Source: Klebsormidium nitens (Eukaryota; Plantae; Klebsormidiophyceae). Taken from it: 64,000 nucleotides of DNA. The translations under genes and the position numbers were made by a program. The first letter of the stretch is position 1, and the number at the start of each line of letters is the position of its first letter. Below, piece after piece: positions 59,980 through 64,000 of the stretch. The notes beneath the pieces were generated by a model. It was not told the DNA's origin, searched no databases, and worked only from the letters and a program-made list of their open reading frames with translations. The DNA is taken from assembly GCA_000708835.1 (NCBI GenBank), contig DF237436.1, positions 4,935 through 68,934 of the forward strand, given 5' to 3'.

Positions 59980-62900
59980 ATGGCGCCCCTGATGCATGTC
60001 CTGCTCGTGACTCTCTGCTTAGCTGCTTCACCACTCGGGCTACTTTCAGCTGCGGAGGTGCCGCATATTGAGTTTGATTCTGAGGAAGGGGCCCCTTTTA
60101 TTCTCTCTCATATTTCTACTTCCACACGCTATAATGACGCGTTGGTCGCTCAAGGGGCCAGTCTTCCAGAGTTTCTTCCAAAGCCACCTCGCGAGACTTG
60201 CAAACCTGTGCAATTGAACCTTCTTGCGAGGCATGGAGCCAGAGACCCTACAAGGAAGAGAGCGAAGCAGCTTAAGAAGGTGGTGCTCAACCTGAAAGCG
60301 GCGGCCAAGAGTCTGGTACATGAGGTGCAGCATGTAGCAGTTGGGGATGGGTCAGCTGCGAGTGGGGGGGCAGCCAGGTCAGGGAATCTGCGGAGTCCCC
60401 CAAATTGGATAGGGGACTACATCGTTCCTTGGGAAGGTCACGAACCTGTTGGATACTTGGTACCAGGGGGAGAGGAGGAGATGTACGGGCTGGCCAAGCG
60501 GTGGAAACAGCGAATGCCGAACGTTCTGGACCAAACTTACCATCCTGAGAGGTATCGGATTTTTGGAACTCAGGTAGGCTTCAAACTTGTTGCCCTTTGT
60601 GCACTTCCTTGCTGACGTTGCCTTAATGACGAATCGCCGACAGTGATGAAGAAGGGATTCATTCTTATGCACTGATTGGATAGGCTTTCGTGTCTAAACT
60701 TGCATGCATGACAGCTCCATATCTTTGGCATTGTTTCCATCAACCTCATCTGAAACCGTCTTCTAAGGGCAGTAGTAAAGAGTGCAGAGCCCTTGATTGA
60801 GCTAAGACCTTATCTAGAGAACGTCGATTACAGCTCACCAGTGCGTTTGTCAGGTGTCGTCCTTAGTAAGCAACGCCCTGCTGCCTTCCTGTGGCAGGTC
60901 CCACGTGCTTCTGCTAGTGCGGTGGCATTTGGTGTCGGCTTTTTAGAGGGAAACGGAACTCTGGGCCCAGCCAGGCATCAGTCATTTGCAGTCATCTCTG
61001 ACACCAAGGATATTGATAGACGGCTGCGATTCCATAAGACGTGTCCAGCTTACAAGGTGAGCACCGTCAATTGAGTCCCTCCGTCCAGAGTTACGTTGTT
61101 GCGATCTATTCATTCAAAAATTGCACCTCATCTTGTTGATTCGCCTTTCCAGGAATGCACAGAACCATTTAAGTCCTACAAATCAAAGGACGCAGGCAGA
61201 GGGGAACCAAGAACGTTTTCGCGGATTGTTGATCAAGCGGATCTTGACATGCAGAAGTGGAACGGTCTGACTGTCAAGCTTGTTCAGCAACTACAATTGT
61301 TTGGGCTTTGACGTATCCTTAGTTTGTCTACATCGCTATATGCTCTGGCAGGCGCACAAGAAAGCCCGGAAGCCGGAAGTGTGGTCCAACCAGGAACCGG
61401 TCTACTCTGCGACGGGAGCCAATATTCTGTCCCGAACAGGCCTCAACCTTACTGCAAAGGATGTCGGGGCCCTCTGGCTACTGTGCAAGGTGGAAGCGGC
61501 AATTCGGAATACGACAAACCAGGTCTGCTCACTGTTCACCAAAGAAGAGGTGAGGGCCTGCCGACACAGTCAATCCTCGGGGCATTCTGCAATTCGAAGA
61601 GGAGGCAAACGTAATGGTCCATCAAAGCATTGTCAGGGTAGGCAGTAGACATTTCCGGTGTAGACCATGTTGTGTATACAACCTGCAACGAGAAGCTTAC
61701 ACCAGTAACGTCAGCACATGCAGTACGGTGCATTGGGGAAAAGCCGGTTCTGGAGCCTTCATTTGCTGCCAAGTGTCTAGCAACAACGAGTAGGGAATAT
61801 GACGGTGACAGTTAATGCAGGGAAATATTTGTTAAAGTAAAGCATACTCATGCTTATATTGCCAGTGCAAGCCCGTCTTTTCGTCTTCATGTCCCTACGA
61901 TTTGTCGTTCTCGTTCTTTCTTCCTTCCTTCTGCACATTTTTTATTCGTTAAGTTTTCGTCAGGCTTCCTATTTCTGTCAACTTGTCTAATCAGGTGCGA
62001 TTTTGATTGATCTCGTCCAAGTCCAAGCCCGTAAGCTAAACATGGATGCCCCTCATGTTGCGGAGGGATTGCTTACCAACGGGTCCGAGTTCAGTCTCCA
62101 TACAGGTCCGATTGACGCTTCAGTTTACAACGATGCCGCAGCTAGATATTCCATTCGCTTATGTCCCTACTCACTCGTGCACCTGTGTCTCTCTTTGTTC
62201 CGGCAACCCATCTAAGAAAGAAATACTAGCGTAACTTATTCTAAGACCTCTGATCTCCTCACAGTTCCGACATCGACTTCTCATTTCACCCCGCTTGCTT
62301 CAGAAGGGAAGACTCGAAGAATGAACAGAAAACGAGTGCAAGGAACGGCCACGACTGACTCGCTCCGCCGCGCTGCCGCAGGTGCTGCAACTAGAGTGGG
62401 CGGACGACATCGAGCTGCACATCCTGAAGGGCTACGGCGCTCCCATCAACTACCGCATGGCGCAGGCTCTGCTGCAGGATATTCTGGAGTCCATGGAGGG
62501 CGCCCTGGCGGACTGGCGGGGTGGCAGCACCAAAGTCCCTGAATTGGGCCGGCTGCGCTTTGCGCATGCAGAGACGATTATGCCGCTGCTCTGCACGCTG
62601 GGGCTGTTCCAGGAGACAGATCGAGGTGAGCCCCCGCTCTGTGACTGGATCAAAAGGTGACCCGAATGTGACATCCGAAGCCGGCCAAAATCCCTTTGGC
62701 TTTGGAATAATCTGGGGGTTCAGCGTGAGAGTTGAATATTGCGTCGGGTTCGAAGACGGCAGAAAATCAGCAGAGTACGCGTTGTTTAATCAGCAGGTAG
62801 CTGTTCAGGCTCAGGGTGAGAGATCGTCAATGTTGGATGGGGGTGCGCTCGATGTGGGCTTGAGTCGCGGCTTGTTCACCTCGAGGATGACATCCTCGGC

Positions 62901-63790
62901 GTCACGTTCTGTGTAGCTGAAGGCCTGTCATAGGGTGCATACCATCGTGTGCGTTCGACGCCGTCTTCTCCGTTTAAGGCACTTTTATTGCCTGTCGGCC
63001 AGTCTCTTTCTCTAGTTTGCGTCAAATTAGGGCAGAAGTGCGGATTTTCTAAAGTGGCCGCTTGTTCTCGATGTGGCCAACGACTCACTGCCTTTTTCAG
63101 GCATGTCTGTTTCAATTGGAATCGACACTTGGATCCTTCACATACGAAGTCGTTTCCTCTATTGTCGACTTTTGAAATTGCTTACATACGGTCTCCCTCT
63201 TTGCAGACGCTTTGCTAGCGGCTCAGGAGGAGGAACTGCCCCTCCCCCCCCCGCCTCCCTATCCGAGGGCTTGGCGGGGCAGCGTAGTCGCACCGTTTGG
63301 CGCCAACACGGCCCTCGTCCTGTACGACTGTGCAGAGAACAAAGGAGAGTTGGATGAAGGACACAAAGGGAAGAAAAAGGACGATACGGTTGGACGAACG
63401 GGGAGGAATGATGACGATGATGACGAAGAGGAGGAGGGGAAGCCACATCACTGGAGGTATTTATTAGGGAGAGCTCTAGCGCTATTCCGATGGGGGACAT
63501 TGAAGCCCGCTGGTACTCGGTTTAGGGAGGGTCTGGTTCACGAGGATGAGTTCTTGGTGCTTGCGCTGCACAACGAGAGGCCTGTGAAGATGCCTGCTTG
63601 CGAGGGCGCGCTGTTCTGCCCGTTCGGTGTGTTCAGGAAGCGGGTGTTAGGGCCTCACATGAAGGGCAGCTTTGATAAAATGTGTGCCTTAACGGGCTGG
63701 AGCTATGCTCTCGACGCCTGGCTGGTTGAGGGCTTGAGCTGGTTGGGTATCGAACACTGGCCTTTGTATCGATTCTTGGGATCTATTTGA
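59980..63790 (+). CDS. MINPP1: Multiple inositol polyphosphate phosphatase 1-like histidine acid phosphatase/phytase, about 592 aa
   Basis: Phase-consistent exons 59980-60573, 60898-61056, 61352-61549, 62382-62625, 63207-63790. Signal peptide, LLARHGARDP (RHGxRxP), LRFHKTC, LRFAHAET (the MINPP1-type HAE proton-donor motif), ALHNERPV...C...CP. Confidence 0.92.
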
Positions 63791-64000
63791 ACACTTTCGT
63801 TGTGGAGCTGAGCCGCCTTTTTTCCACACGTACGATCGCTGTTCACATGTGACGTTTGGTTGAATGCAGCAGTCATGTGGGATACCCTTCCTTTAATGCT
63901 TATCCCATGCGACGTTCTAACAGGATGCAATGTCCAGGCTCTCCAACGCTGTCTATGTACGAAAGGTTGAAGAATCTGTAAGGCCCAACTTGCAGTCCCT

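Noticed and set aside
1-64000. Prokaryote-style features (CRISPR arrays, operons, IS elements), tRNA and rRNA genes
   Set aside because: None seen; the window is spliced eukaryotic genes with no regularly spaced repeat-spacer array or tRNA/rRNA signature

Overview
Intron-rich eukaryotic nuclear DNA (GT-AG introns of about 50-1100 bp, GC-rich codons). The plant-type gene content suggests a streptophyte green alga such as Klebsormidium; this is inferred, not verified. Ten spliced protein-coding genes were rebuilt by hand from splice signals and reading-frame phase, in order: a hypothetical secreted protein (+, 5'-partial), a GT23/FUT8-like fucosyltransferase (-), an NXPE/PC-esterase-like acyltransferase (+), a full-size ABCA transporter (-), MED19 (-), RPL14 (+), a type I membrane protein with a Cys-rich ectodomain and cytosolic RING finger (-), a Lin0512-family protein (+), a 122-aa type II membrane protein resembling the Na+/K+-ATPase beta-subunit N-terminus (-), a CCCH + DEDDh ERI-type exonuclease (-), plus a MINPP1-like histidine acid phosphatase (+), making eleven in total. 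No rRNA, tRNA, CRISPR array or intact transposase was recognised. The strongest leads are: (1) the Na,K-ATPase-beta-like small protein, which the ORF track misses; (2) an ABCA whose two ATPase sites both lack the signature motif and the switch His; (3) a receptor-like RING E3 ligase; (4) 13 GTAC (SBP/CuRE-core) sites in 253 bp of a divergent promoter; (5) an alternating-orientation 13-mer array inside an intron; (6) recurring short tandem duplications of exon end plus splice donor, and two inferred GC-AG introns.
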